Shown: in pieces, positions 38,101 through 47,728 of the stretch
Numbering within the stretch: the stretch's first letter is position 1
How the letters are laid out: each line of letters opens with the position of its first letter
Assembly (NCBI GenBank): GCA_947459825.1
Contig: CANHFH010000002.1
Coordinates: 17,150-81,149, forward strand
DNA: 64,000 nucleotides
DNA from: Pseudomonadota bacterium
GTDB lineage: Bacteria > Pseudomonadota > Gammaproteobacteria > Steroidobacterales > Steroidobacteraceae
Reading direction: 5' to 3'
Translations under genes and position numbers: made by a program
Notes under the pieces: model-generated
Told to the model about the DNA's origin: nothing
What the model saw: the letters and a program-made list of their open reading frames with translations, nothing else
Database searches by the model: none

Positions 38101-39144
38101 ATGCGTATCCTCGCCCTCGAATCCTCCTGTGATGAGTCCGCCGCCGCCGTCCTCGACGACCAGCGGGGGTTGCTGGCGCATGCCCTGTTCTCGCAGGTCG
38201 ACCTGCATCGGGCGTATGGCGGGGTGGTCCCGGAGCTCGCCTCCCGGGACCATGTCCAGCGGCTGCTGCCCCTGGTGCACAGCGCCTTGGCCGAAGCCGA
38301 CACCACCCCGTCCGACCTCGGCGGCATCGCCTATACGGCCGGCCCCGGCCTGATCGGAGCCTTGCTCACCGGATCAGCGCTCGCTCGGTCGCTGGCGACG
38401 GCCTGGGGGCTGCCGACCATCGGTGTGCACCATCTCGAGGGTCACCTGCTCGCGCCGCTGCTCGAGCCTGACCCGCCGCCGTTCCCGCACCTCGCGTTGC
38501 TGGTGTCGGGCGGGCACACCATGCTCATCGAGGCGCGCGCGATCGGCGACTACCGGCTGCTCGGCGAGACCCGTGACGATGCCGCCGGCGAGGCCTTCGA
38601 CAAGAGCGCGAAGCTGCTCGGTCTGCCGTACCCCGGCGGTCCGCATCTTGCGCGCCTCGCCGAGCGCGGTCGCGCAGGCGTCCACGAGTTCCCGCGCCCC
38701 ATGCTCGATCGGCCGGGGCTCGAGTTCAGCTTCTCGGGCCTCAAGACCGCGGTGCTGCACGCGGTGCGCGCCTTGCCCGCGGATGCGGGCGAGGCGGACC
38801 GCGCCGACATCGCACGCGCCCTCGAGGAGGCCGTCGTCGACACGCTGGTCGCGAAAGCGATGCGCGCGCTCGAGGAGACCGGTCTCGATGCGCTCGTCGT
38901 GTCGGGCGGCGTCGGCGCCAACCTGCGGCTGCGCGAGAGACTGCATGCTGCGGCGCGCCGGCGCGGCGCCCGCGTGTACCATCCGCGGCTGGAGTTCTGC
39001 ACCGACAACGCGGCGATGATCGCGGTGGCCGGGCTCGCGAGGCTCGCGGCCGGCGAGCATGACGGCCCCGGCATCCGCGCCCGCGCACGCTGGCCGCTCG
39101 ATACGCTGCGGCCGCCCGCCGCGGTGCGGGACCACGCCCCATGA
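38101..39144 (+). CDS. tsaD: tRNA N6-adenosine threonylcarbamoyltransferase
   Basis: It contains [17 protein letters not shown] and HLEGHLLAP. It is divergent from rpsU, as in many bacteria. Confidence 0.93.
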   Translation: MRILALESSCDESAAAVLDDQRGLLAHALFSQVDLHRAYGGVVPELASRDHVQRLLPLVHSALAEADTTPSDLGGIAYTAGPGLIGALLTGSALARSLATAWGLPTIGVHHLEGHLLAPLLEPDPPPFPHLALLVSGGHTMLIEARAIGDYRLLGETRDDAAGEAFDKSAKLLGLPYPGGPHLARLAERGRAGVHEFPRPMLDRPGLEFSFSGLKTAVLHAVRALPADAGEADRADIARALEEAVVDTLVAKAMRALEETGLDALVVSGGVGANLRLRERLHAAARRRGARVYHPRLEFCTDNAAMIAVAGLARLAAGEHDGPGIRARARWPLDTLRPPAAVRDHAP

Positions 39145-39166
39145 CGCGCCGATACGAGAGCATCAC

Positions 39167-39556
39167 ATGACCCAGCACCACGGCGACAGCATCTGCCTGC
39201 GCGGCCTCGAGGTCGAGTGCATCATCGGCGTCAATGATTGGGAGCGGCGCGTGAAGCAGCGCGTGGTCATCGACCTCGAACTCCCGGTCGATTGCGCGCG
39301 CGCCGCGGTGCGCGACGACATCGCCGATACGGTCGACTACGGCCGCGTGGCCGGGACCGTGCAGGACTTCGTCGGCGCGTCCTCCTTCATGCTGGTCGAG
39401 ACCATGGCCGAGCGCACGGCGCTCCTGCTGCTGCGCGGGTTCGGCGTCGCCTGGGTGCGCATCCAGATCGACAAGCCGGGCGCCGTGCGCGGCGCGCGCG
39501 CGGTGGGCATCGCCCTCGAGCGCACGCGGGACGACCTCGCCGCCGCGGGCGGCTGA
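39167..39556 (+). CDS. folB: dihydroneopterin aldolase
   Basis: The start is taken at ATG 39167. The sequence reads ICLRGLEVECIIGVNDWERRVKQRVVIDLEL...DTVDYGRV. Confidence 0.8.
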   Translation: MTQHHGDSICLRGLEVECIIGVNDWERRVKQRVVIDLELPVDCARAAVRDDIADTVDYGRVAGTVQDFVGASSFMLVETMAERTALLLLRGFGVAWVRIQIDKPGAVRGARAVGIALERTRDDLAAAGG

Positions 39557-39561
39557 GGCGC

Positions 39562-40851
39562 ATGTCCGGCGCGTCACCGCGCGGGCCGTCCGTCGCCGAC
39601 CGCGGCACATGGCCGTCGCCCGGCGCGGAGGCCGCCGCACACTCGCGCCGGCTCGCGGGCGTCATCGGCTCCGCGCTCGACGCGGCGGGCGGCTGGCTGT
39701 CCTTCGCCGACTACATGCAGCTCGCGCTCTACGCGCCCGGGCTCGGCTACTACGCCGCGGGTGCGGACAAGTTCGGCGAGGCGGGGGACTTCGTCACCGC
39801 ACCGGAGATCTCGCCGCTGTTCGCCGAGGTCTGCGCCGCGCAGATCGACGGCGTGCTGCGTGCGCTCGGCGGCGGCGAGGTGCTCGAACTCGGCCCCGGC
39901 ACGGGACGGTTCGCGGCGGGGGCGCTCGCCGAGTTCAGGGCGCGAGGCACTCCCATCACCGGTTATTCACTGCTCGAGGTCAGCCCGGACCTGCGCTCGC
40001 GTCAACAGGCGCTGCTCGCCGCGTCGGACGAGCCGCCGGTCGACGCACGCCGCATCCCGCCGCGCTGGCTTGATTCTCTGCCTGCGCCGTTCCGCGGCGT
40101 GCTGTTCGCCAACGAGGTGATCGACGCGCTGCCCTGCGAGCGCTTCGTGATGCGCGGCGGTGCTGCGTGGCGGCTCGGCGTCGGTCGCGCCGCGGGTGCG
40201 GCGCGCGACGACATGCCGCGCTTCGAGTGGCGCGCGCGTCCCGCCGACGGCGCTTGTACGGGCGATGCGGGCTTCGTCGCGGCGATGGCGCAGCGCCTCG
40301 ACGATCTGGCCGCCGCCGGGGTGACGCTGCCGGAGGGCTGCTGCGGCGAGTTCCACCCGCAGCTCGCGGCCTGGGTGGCCTCGCTCGCCGATGTGCTCGA
40401 GGCCGGCCTGCTGCTGTTCGTCGACTACGGCTTGCCGCGCACGCAGCTGCTGCATCCCGACCGTGCGATGGGCAGCCTGCGCTGCCACCACCGCCATCAC
40501 GCGCACGGCGACCCGTTTCTTTGGCCCGGCTTGCAGGACATCACCGCCTGGGTCGATTTCACCGCGCTCGCCGAGGCCGGCGTGGCGGCGGGGCTGGAGG
40601 TGGCGGGCTTCACCACCCAAGCCGGCTTCCTGCTCGGCGGCGGCATCGAGGCGCGGCTCGCGGCGCGGCTCGCGCCGCCGACGGCGGGCGAGGCCGCGCT
40701 CGGCGAGGTCGCGCGCGCGCAGCTGGCGCAGGGCGTGCGGCGGTTGCTGCTGCCCGGCGAGATGGGCGAGGCGGTGAAGGTCATGGCGCTCGCCAAAGAT
40801 TGCGGGGCGCCGACGGCCTTCGCGCTGCAGGACCTCAGGCGCGGGCTGTAG
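39562..40851 (+). CDS. SAM-dependent methyltransferase, DUF185 / MidA (NDUFAF7-like) family
   Basis: The start is taken at ATG 39562 within ORF 39238..40851. It contains FADYMQLALYAPGLGYYA, GDFVTAPEISPLF and ELGPGTG. Confidence 0.75.
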   Translation: MSGASPRGPSVADRGTWPSPGAEAAAHSRRLAGVIGSALDAAGGWLSFADYMQLALYAPGLGYYAAGADKFGEAGDFVTAPEISPLFAEVCAAQIDGVLRALGGGEVLELGPGTGRFAAGALAEFRARGTPITGYSLLEVSPDLRSRQQALLAASDEPPVDARRIPPRWLDSLPAPFRGVLFANEVIDALPCERFVMRGGAAWRLGVGRAAGAARDDMPRFEWRARPADGACTGDAGFVAAMAQRLDDLAAAGVTLPEGCCGEFHPQLAAWVASLADVLEAGLLLFVDYGLPRTQLLHPDRAMGSLRCHHRHHAHGDPFLWPGLQDITAWVDFTALAEAGVAAGLEVAGFTTQAGFLLGGGIEARLAARLAPPTAGEAALGEVARAQLAQGVRRLLLPGEMGEAVKVMALAKDCGAPTAFALQDLRRGL

Positions 40852-40893
40852 CGGCCGAGCCGTGTGGCCTGCATCGCCGCCGCGCGGCGACGG

Positions 40894-42114
40894 TCACTTC
40901 GGGCAGGCGGCCTCGACGGCGGCGAGCCGCTTGCGGCGCAGCCGTTCGCCGTACGCTGGCCCCACGAGGCCCACGCGTTCCGTCTCGTCGAGCTGCACCG
41001 CGGCAGCGGCGGCGAGACCCGCCTCGACCCGGGCGCGCTGCGGATAAGGCTCCGCTTCGCGGCCGAGCCGGCCGCGGGCGTCGCACTCGCAGACCTCCAG
41101 CAGCTCGGCGAACCGCGCCGGCCGCCGGAACGCATCGCAGGCCTCGTACATCTCGAGCAGCGTCGCGGACCGCAGCTCGAGGCCGCGGTGCACATGGGTA
41201 TGGAAGCGGCTCGCGAGCAGCGCGAGGTCGCGGTGTTCCTGCGGCGCGCGCAGCCGGGCGCAGGCGGCCTCGATGGGGGCGAGGCCGCGGGTCTCGTGGG
41301 CGATGTGGCGCGGCAGCTCCTCGCGCGGCGTCAGCGCCTTGCCGAGGTCGTGCAGCAGCACCGCGAAGCGCACCGGAACGCTCGCGCCGCGCGCCGCGGC
41401 GGCCTGCAGCGCGAGCAGCACATGCTCGCCGCTGTCGACCTCCGGGTGGTGCTGCGGCGGTTGCGGCACGCCGAACAGCGCATCGAGCTCCGGCAGCAGC
41501 ACGCGCAGCGCGCCGCAGGCGCGCAGCGTCTCGATGGCGGCGCGCGGCTGCGGTTCGCCGAGCGCGCGCTCGATCTCGCGCCACACGCGTTCGGGCACCA
41601 ACGCGTCGACCTCGCCGTCGGCGACCATGCGCTGCATCAGCGTCATGGTCTCGGGCGCGATGCTGAAGCCGAGCGGCGCGAAGCGCGCCGCGAAGCGCGC
41701 CACGCGCAGGATGCGCACCGGGTCCTCGACGAACGCCGGCGAGACATGGCGCAGCACGCGGCGCTCGAGGTCGGCACGCCCGCCGTAGGGGTCGATGAGC
41801 CGTCCGTCGGCGGCGCGCGCCATGGCGTTGACGGTGAGGTCGCGCCGCGCGAGGTCCTGCTCCAGCGTGACGGTCGGCGCGAAGTCGGTGGTGAAGCCGC
41901 GGTAGCCGGGCGCGACCTTGCGCTCGAGCCGCGCCAGCGCGTACTCCTCGTGGGTCTGCGGGTGCAGGAACACCGGGAAGTCGCGGCCGACGGCGCGGAA
42001 GCCCTGTGCCTCGAGATCGGCGGGCGTCGCGCCCACCACCACCCAGTCCCGCTCGCCCACCGGACGACCGAGCAGCTCGTCACGCACCGCACCGCCGACC
42101 AGATAGGTCTCCAT
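40894..42114 (-). CDS. cca: multifunctional CCA-adding tRNA nucleotidyltransferase with HD domain
   Basis: It contains [38 protein letters not shown] and [11 protein letters not shown]. Confidence 0.9.
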   Translation of the reverse strand: METYLVGGAVRDELLGRPVGERDWVVVGATPADLEAQGFRAVGRDFPVFLHPQTHEEYALARLERKVAPGYRGFTTDFAPTVTLEQDLARRDLTVNAMARAADGRLIDPYGGRADLERRVLRHVSPAFVEDPVRILRVARFAARFAPLGFSIAPETMTLMQRMVADGEVDALVPERVWREIERALGEPQPRAAIETLRACGALRVLLPELDALFGVPQPPQHHPEVDSGEHVLLALQAAAARGASVPVRFAVLLHDLGKALTPREELPRHIAHETRGLAPIEAACARLRAPQEHRDLALLASRFHTHVHRGLELRSATLLEMYEACDAFRRPARFAELLEVCECDARGRLGREAEPYPQRARVEAGLAAAAAVQLDETERVGLVGPAYGERLRRKRLAAVEAACPK

Positions 42115-42166
42115 GCGTCGCATGGTAACCGAGGCGGCGCGCGGCGGCGCCGCGCCGCATGCGGGC

Positions 42167-43111
42167 TCAGCGGCGCAGGTAGGTCGGACCGACGGCGCGC
42201 AGCGAGGCGGGCGTGATGCCGAGACGGGCGCAGCCGTCGTCGTCGCTGATGTTGTCGACGGTCAGCGACCGGTAGTTGTCGGTGGAGAAGGGCTTGCCCG
42301 GGACGAAGTCCATCACCCGCGCCTGCAGCCGCGCCGCCCAGTCGGGCAGCGGCAGCACGTGCGCGCGCGTGCCGGAGAATCCTCCCGCGAGCCGCACCAG
42401 CGCACCGAGCGTGAACACCTCGGGACCGCAGAGATCGTAGGACTTGCCGACGGTGCCGCGGTCGGCGAGCGCACGCGCGAAGGCCTCCGCGACATCGCCC
42501 ACCCACACCGGCGCGAAGCGCGCCTCGGCGCGCGCCAACGGGATGACGCCTCGGGACAACCGCAGCAGACCCGCGAAGCGGTTCATGAAGGAGTCGCCCG
42601 CGCCGAAGATCACCGACGGACGCAGGATGGTCCAGCCGAGCGCGGGCGGTGCGGCGCGCACATGGCGCTCGGCCACGCCCTTGGACTGCAGATAGAAGCT
42701 GGGGCCGCCCTCGGCCGCGCCCAGGGCGCTCATGTGCAGCAGCCGCGTCGCGCCCGCCGCCACCGCGGCGGCGACGGTCTTGCGCGCTAGCTCGGCGTGG
42801 GCTTCGGCGAAGCCGCGGCCCGAGAAGCCCTTTTCATTGAGGATGCCGACCAGGTTGACGACGGTGTCGCAGCCCTCGAGCGCTCTGCGCAGCGCGGCCT
42901 CGTCGTGCACATCGGCGCGCAGCACGCGCGCGCCGGGCAGCACACGCAGATGGTCGGCACGGCGCGGGTCGCGGGTGAGCAGCCGCAGTTCGTGGCCGTC
43001 GGCGGCGAGCCTGGCGGCGAGCGCGGTGCCGACGAAACCCGTCCCGCCGAGCAGGGCGATGCGGCGCGGCGCGGGCGTGGCGTCGAGGCCATCCATGCGG
43101 GGAGCGCTCAT
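42167..43111 (-). CDS. NAD-dependent epimerase/dehydratase, complex I NDUFA9-like family
   Basis: It contains [17 protein letters not shown]. Its start overlaps the degQ-like stop (ATGA). Confidence 0.75.
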   Translation of the reverse strand: MSAPRMDGLDATPAPRRIALLGGTGFVGTALAARLAADGHELRLLTRDPRRADHLRVLPGARVLRADVHDEAALRRALEGCDTVVNLVGILNEKGFSGRGFAEAHAELARKTVAAAVAAGATRLLHMSALGAAEGGPSFYLQSKGVAERHVRAAPPALGWTILRPSVIFGAGDSFMNRFAGLLRLSRGVIPLARAEARFAPVWVGDVAEAFARALADRGTVGKSYDLCGPEVFTLGALVRLAGGFSGTRAHVLPLPDWAARLQARVMDFVPGKPFSTDNYRSLTVDNISDDDGCARLGITPASLRAVGPTYLRR

Positions 43112-44601
43112 CGCAGCAGCACGATGGTGGTCTCGCCGTTGCGGCGCACCTGCAGCACCAGCGTGCCGCCGCGCGCGGCGGCCGCCGACGAGGCCGCGAC
43201 GAGGTCGGTGCGCCGCGCGATGCGTGCGCCGTTGGCGGCGATGATCACATCGCCCGCGCGCAGACCCCCGCCCGCAGCCGGTGTGCCCGCCGTGATGCCG
43301 CGCACGACGACGCCGCCGTCCGGCTGGTCCTCGAGCTGTGCACCGTCGAGACCGCGATGCAGCGCGCCGGGCGCCGCGGCGCCGGCGGGGCCGCCCTGCG
43401 CGGGCTGCGCGGCGATGCCGTTCGCCGCCGGGTCGGTGACCACGGCCGAGACCTTGACCGGCTTGCCTTCGCGCAGCAGCGCGATCTCGGCGCGGTCGCC
43501 GACCCGCATCAGGCCGATGGCGTTGCGGAACTCCGCGACCGACCTCACCGCCTTGCCGTTGACGCCGGTGACGACATCGCCGGCGCGCAGACCGGCGCGC
43601 GCGGCGGCGGACTCGCGCGCGACCTGCGTCACCAATGCACCGTTCGGCGCGGCGAGGCCGAGCGCCTGCGCGATGTCGGCGGTGACCGGTGCCAGCGTCA
43701 CGCCGATCTGGCCGCGTCGCACCGAGCCGAAGCGGATCAGCTGGTCCATCACCGATCGCGCCATGTTCACCGGGATCGCGAAGCCGATGCCGATGTTCCC
43801 GCCGCTGCCGGAGAGGATCATGTTGTTGATGCCGACCAGTTCGCCGCGCAGGTTCACGAGGGCGCCGCCCGAGTTGCCGGGGTTGATGGAGGCGTCGGTC
43901 TGGATGAGGCTCTCGAAGCCGTCGGGGTTCATGCCGGAGCGGCCGAGCGCGCTCACGATGCCGTACGACACCGAGTGCTGCAGGCCGAAAGGGTTGCCGA
44001 TGGCGGCGACATAGTCGCCGGGCTCGAGCCGGTCGGAATCGCCGAGCGAGATCTGCGTGAGACCGGGCGCCTCGATCTGCACCACCGCGATGTCGGTGCG
44101 CGGGTCGCTGCCGACCAGCTTCGCCGGGAACTCGCGTTCATCGAACAGAGTGACGGTGATCTCGCGCGCGTTCTCGACCACATGCGCGTTGGTGATGATG
44201 TAGCCGCGACGCGCATCGACGATCACGCCCGACCCGGCCGACTGGAACGGCCGCTCGCGCGCGCCCTGCTGGCCCTGGTCGGGCGGGACATTGAAGAAGC
44301 GGCGGAAGAACGGGTCGTCGAGCAGCGGGTTGCGCTGCTGTTCGCGCACGGCGCCGCGGATGCCGATGCTGACCACGGCGGGCGAGACCCGCTTGATCAT
44401 CGGCGCGAGCGAGGGCATCGGCGCGACCTCTCGGTCTGCGGGCCGGTCTGCGGGCCGTTCCGCCGGCCGGTTCTGGGCGACGGCGCCCGGAGCGAGGCCG
44501 AGCAGACCGGCGAAGGAGGTCAGCAACAGGGCGAGGAGCGCGGACGGTCGCGGCATGCGGCGGTCACCAGAGCGAAAAGGACCCCCAGGGGCGGGAGCCA
44601 C
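43108..44601 (-). CDS. periplasmic serine endoprotease DegP/DegQ (HtrA family, two PDZ domains)
   Basis: It has a signal peptide. The catalytic motifs are TNAHVV, DIAVVQI and GNSGGALVN. Two PDZ-like segments follow. Confidence 0.9.
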   Translation of the reverse strand: MAPAPGGPFRSGDRRMPRPSALLALLLTSFAGLLGLAPGAVAQNRPAERPADRPADREVAPMPSLAPMIKRVSPAVVSIGIRGAVREQQRNPLLDDPFFRRFFNVPPDQGQQGARERPFQSAGSGVIVDARRGYIITNAHVVENAREITVTLFDEREFPAKLVGSDPRTDIAVVQIEAPGLTQISLGDSDRLEPGDYVAAIGNPFGLQHSVSYGIVSALGRSGMNPDGFESLIQTDASINPGNSGGALVNLRGELVGINNMILSGSGGNIGIGFAIPVNMARSVMDQLIRFGSVRRGQIGVTLAPVTADIAQALGLAAPNGALVTQVARESAAARAGLRAGDVVTGVNGKAVRSVAEFRNAIGLMRVGDRAEIALLREGKPVKVSAVVTDPAANGIAAQPAQGGPAGAAAPGALHRGLDGAQLEDQPDGGVVVRGITAGTPAAGGGLRAGDVIIAANGARIARRTDLVAASSAAAARGGTLVLQVRRNGETTIVLLR

Positions 44602-44649
44602 CTGGGGGATTGTAGGCGGGGGTCGTCTGTATCGTCAGGTCGTCGTCGG

Positions 44650-45009
44650 TCAGGCCGCCTCGACCGTGATCCGGCGCGGCTGGACCTTCGTGAGCTTCGC
44701 GATCGCGACCTCGAGCACGCCGTGGGACGAACGGGCCGAGATCTGCTCGGCATCGGCGTCCTCGGGCAGCGCGAAGCGGCGCTGGAAGCGGGTCACGGTG
44801 CCCTGGGGATGGTTGGCCGGGCGCTGTGCCTCGAGGGTCAGCACGCCCTGCTCGACGGTGATCTGGGTGTCCTGCGGGGCGACCCCCGGCAGGTCGGCGC
44901 GCAGCACATATCGGTCGGCTTCTTCCTGGGCCTCGACCCGCGGCAGCAGGGCGAGCGGGCGGGCATCGGCCGGGTTGAGCAGGCTCCATTCATAACGCAT
45001 CAGGCTCAT
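44650..45009 (-). CDS. Hsp20/alpha-crystallin small heat-shock protein
   Basis: The start is taken at ATG 45009 (MSLMRYEW...). The ACD region reads YVLRADLPGV....SSHGVLEVAIAK. Confidence 0.8.
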   Translation of the reverse strand: MSLMRYEWSLLNPADARPLALLPRVEAQEEADRYVLRADLPGVAPQDTQITVEQGVLTLEAQRPANHPQGTVTRFQRRFALPEDADAEQISARSSHGVLEVAIAKLTKVQPRRITVEAA

Positions 45010-45068
45010 GGTCGTCTCCTTGCCCCTTGGGGCGGATCTGTGACGGGCATCGGCCCGGTTGATTCGGG

Positions 45069-45096
45069 ATATGCGGATGTCCGGTCGGCTTTCAAG
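45069..45096 (-). promoter_or_regulatory. sigma-32-type heat-shock promoter for hsp20
   Basis: The minus strand reads CTTGAAA-N13-CCGCATAT, against consensus CTTGAAA-N13-15-CCCCATNT. It lies about 60 nt upstream of the hsp20 ATG. Confidence 0.6.
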
Positions 45097-45312
45097 GGGA
45101 TAACTTGTGGACGAAGTGTGGAGTACTCCTGACACAACATGTTGCGGCGAGGGTACAACCGAGTCGGATGGCCGATGGAGAGAGGCTTGACGAATCGTTT
45201 ATCGGCCCGTGTTTCCGTAACATGTTGATCTGATTAAATTTTCGCTTCCTTCGACTTAATCATTGCAAAGCCTTGACGCTGTTCCGGGCCATGCTTAACC
45301 TTCCCCCCGTCG

Positions 45313-45328
45313 ACACAACATCTTGTGT
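45313..45328 (+). promoter_or_regulatory. NrdR-box-like 16-bp palindrome upstream of nrdJ
   Basis: ACACAAcatcTTGTGT compares with the remembered consensus acaCwAtATaTwGtgt. It lies just downstream of a possible promoter, TTGACG (45273-45278)-N17-TAACCT. Weaker relatives sharing AACATGTTG sit at 45132-45147 and 45219-45227. Confidence 0.45.
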
Positions 45329-45568
45329 GTCCGGGCCTCGTGCACCGGGCGCCGCGGGGTGAGGGGTCGGGACAGGGGAGAGCGGCCTTTGGACGATGGC
45401 CGACCGGATCCACGGCAAAAAATCCCGGCGCCATCGGCAGCCGGAGACCGCCGGGTCCGCATCTTTTTTTGAGTCCAGGGCTTTTCAAGGTTTTTCCCGG
45501 GTTTTCCGGGGGTTTTTCCGCCGGCCTGACCGCCGGCTTCAAGCATTTCGACGGGAGTTCCGCCGCGC

Positions 45569-47716
45569 ATGAACAGTGTCGTCAAGTTCGTCGAACACGA
45601 CCTCGATGCCATCCCTTTCCAGGAGGCATCGCTCGACATCTGGGACAAGAAGTATCGCTTGGTATCCAAGTCCGGCGAGCCGATCGACCTCGCGATGGAC
45701 GACACCTACAAGCGCGTCGCGCGCGCGCTCGCCGATGTCGAAGCGCCCGCAGAGCGTGAGCACTGGTACGAGCGTTTTCTTTGGGCGTTGCGCCGCGGCG
45801 CGATCCCCGCGGGCCGCATCACCTCGAACGCCGGCGCGCTCGAGCACAAGCCCGCCACCTCCACCATCAACTGCACCGTGTCCGGCACCATCCAGGACTC
45901 GATGGACGACATCCTCGACAAGGTGCATGAGGCCGGCCTCACGCTGAAGGCGGGTTGCGGCATCGGCTACGAGTTCTCGACGCTGCGTCCGCGCGGCGCG
46001 TATGTCTCGGGCGCCGGCGCCTACACCTCGGGTCCGCTGTCCTTCATGGATATCTACGACAAGATGTGCTTCACGGTGTCGTCCGCCGGCGGCCGTCGCG
46101 GCGCGCAGATGGGCACCTTCGATGTCGGCCACCCCGACGCCATGGAGTTCATCCGCGCCAAGCGCGAGAACGGGCGGCTGCGCCAGTTCAACCTGTCGCT
46201 GCTCATCACCGACGAGTTCATGCAGGCCGTGCGCGAGGACCGCGAGTGGAAGCTCGCGTTCCCGATCTCCCGCAAGGAGTACGACGCCGACAAGCCCGAC
46301 CTCAAGGACGAGACGAAGTTCGTGTGGCGCGAGTGGCCCTACGACGGCCGCTTCGTCGTCAACGAGACCGGCCTCGTCGCCTGCAAGGTCTACAAGACCA
46401 TGCCGGCGCGCCGCATGTGGGACAGCATCATGTCCTCCACCTACGATTTCGCGGAGCCGGGCTTCATCCTCATCGACCGCGTCAACGAGATGAACAACAA
46501 CTGGTGGTGCGAGAACATCCGCGCCACCAACCCCTGCGGCGAGCAGCCGCTGCCGCCGTACGGCTCCTGCCTGCTCGGCTCGGTCAACCTCACGCGCTTC
46601 GTGCGCAAGCCGTTCACGGCCGAGGCCGAGTTCGACTGGGCCGAGTACCGCGAGGTCGTCAAGGTCTTCACGCGCATGCTCGACAACGTGGTCGAGGTGA
46701 ACGGCCTGCCGCTCGAGGGCCAGCGCAACGAGATCCTGCGCAAGCGCCGTCACGGCATGGGCTTCCTCGGCTTGGGCAGCACCATGACGCTGCTGCGCAT
46801 GAAGTACGGCTCGCCCGAGTCCGTGCAGTTCACCGAGGATGTCTCGCGCGAGATGGCGGTCGCCGGCTGGGAGGCCGGACTCGACCTCGCCCGCGAGAAG
46901 GGTCCTGCGCCCATCATGAACGAGGAGTTCACCGTCACCGCCGAGATGCTGCGCAAGCGTCCCGAGATGGCGCGCGACGGCTGGAAGGTCGGCAGCAAGA
47001 TCCCGGGCCGCGTGCTGCATGCGCGCTACAGCCGCTACATGCAGCGCATCGCGGGCGTCGCGCCGAACCTCGTCGAGCAGCTCGCGCTGGTCGGCGCGCG
47101 CTTCACGCACCACACCTCGATCGCGCCCACCGGCACCATCAGCCTCTCGCTCGCCAACAACGCGAGCAACGGCATCGAGCCCTCGTTCGCGCACCACTAC
47201 TTCCGCAACGTGATCCGCGAAGGCAAGAAGTCCAAGGAGAAGGTCGATGTCTTCTCCTACGAGCTGCTCGCCTACCGTGAGCTCATCAACCGCCAGGCGA
47301 TGCCGAACGGCACCAGCGTCGCCGAGAAGCTGCCCGACTACTTCACGACGGCCGATGACATCACGCCGACCGCGCATGTCGACATCCAGGCCGCCTCGCA
47401 GAAGTGGATCGACTCCTCGATCTCCAAGACCGCGAACGTGCCCACCGACTTCAAGTACGAGTCCTTCAAGGACATCTACCTGTACGCGCACGAGAAGGGT
47501 CTGAAGGGCTGCACCACCTTCCGCTTCAACCCGGAAGCCTTCCAGGGCGTGCTCGTCAAGGAAGAGGACCTCAAGAACACCACCTATGTGTTCACGCTCG
47601 ACGACGGCACCGAGGTGTCGGTCAAGGGCGACGAGGAGATCGAGTACGACGGTGAGAAGCACACCGCCGCCAACCTTTTCGATGCCCTCAAAGAAGGGTA
47701 TTACGGCAAGTTCTGA
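45569..47716 (+). CDS. nrdJ: adenosylcobalamin-dependent (class II) ribonucleotide reductase, large N-terminal fragment
   Basis: 715 aa with INCTVSG, GCGIGYEFSTLRPRGA, NPCGEQPLPPYGSCLLGS and SIAPTGT. Confidence 0.9.
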   Translation: MNSVVKFVEHDLDAIPFQEASLDIWDKKYRLVSKSGEPIDLAMDDTYKRVARALADVEAPAEREHWYERFLWALRRGAIPAGRITSNAGALEHKPATSTINCTVSGTIQDSMDDILDKVHEAGLTLKAGCGIGYEFSTLRPRGAYVSGAGAYTSGPLSFMDIYDKMCFTVSSAGGRRGAQMGTFDVGHPDAMEFIRAKRENGRLRQFNLSLLITDEFMQAVREDREWKLAFPISRKEYDADKPDLKDETKFVWREWPYDGRFVVNETGLVACKVYKTMPARRMWDSIMSSTYDFAEPGFILIDRVNEMNNNWWCENIRATNPCGEQPLPPYGSCLLGSVNLTRFVRKPFTAEAEFDWAEYREVVKVFTRMLDNVVEVNGLPLEGQRNEILRKRRHGMGFLGLGSTMTLLRMKYGSPESVQFTEDVSREMAVAGWEAGLDLAREKGPAPIMNEEFTVTAEMLRKRPEMARDGWKVGSKIPGRVLHARYSRYMQRIAGVAPNLVEQLALVGARFTHHTSIAPTGTISLSLANNASNGIEPSFAHHYFRNVIREGKKSKEKVDVFSYELLAYRELINRQAMPNGTSVAEKLPDYFTTADDITPTAHVDIQAASQKWIDSSISKTANVPTDFKYESFKDIYLYAHEKGLKGCTTFRFNPEAFQGVLVKEEDLKNTTYVFTLDDGTEVSVKGDEEIEYDGEKHTAANLFDALKEGYYGKF

Positions 47717-47728
47717 GGACCGCCCACG

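Noticed and set aside
40167-41666. 499-aa plus-strand ORF, and similar Arg-rich ORFs (56946..59681 at 911 aa; 6164..6802, the 5' part of the kinase frame).
   Set aside because: These are poly-Arg/Ala/Pro shadow frames that cross convergent or otherwise well-supported genes (methyltransferase/cca; hydrolase/RR/HK). For 6164..7762 only the part from GTG 6803 is kinase-like.
45330-45568. Calling the nrdJ leader a cobalamin riboswitch.
   Set aside because: I could see only a shortened B12-box-like stretch (GCAGCCGGAGACCGCC) and a vague GGCAAAAAATCC segment. The other conserved cores (GGGAA..GGTG..AATCC, GCCACTG) are not evident. B12 repression of a B12-dependent enzyme is also counter-intuitive. 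I kept it as an unexplained structured leader rather than an ncRNA feature.
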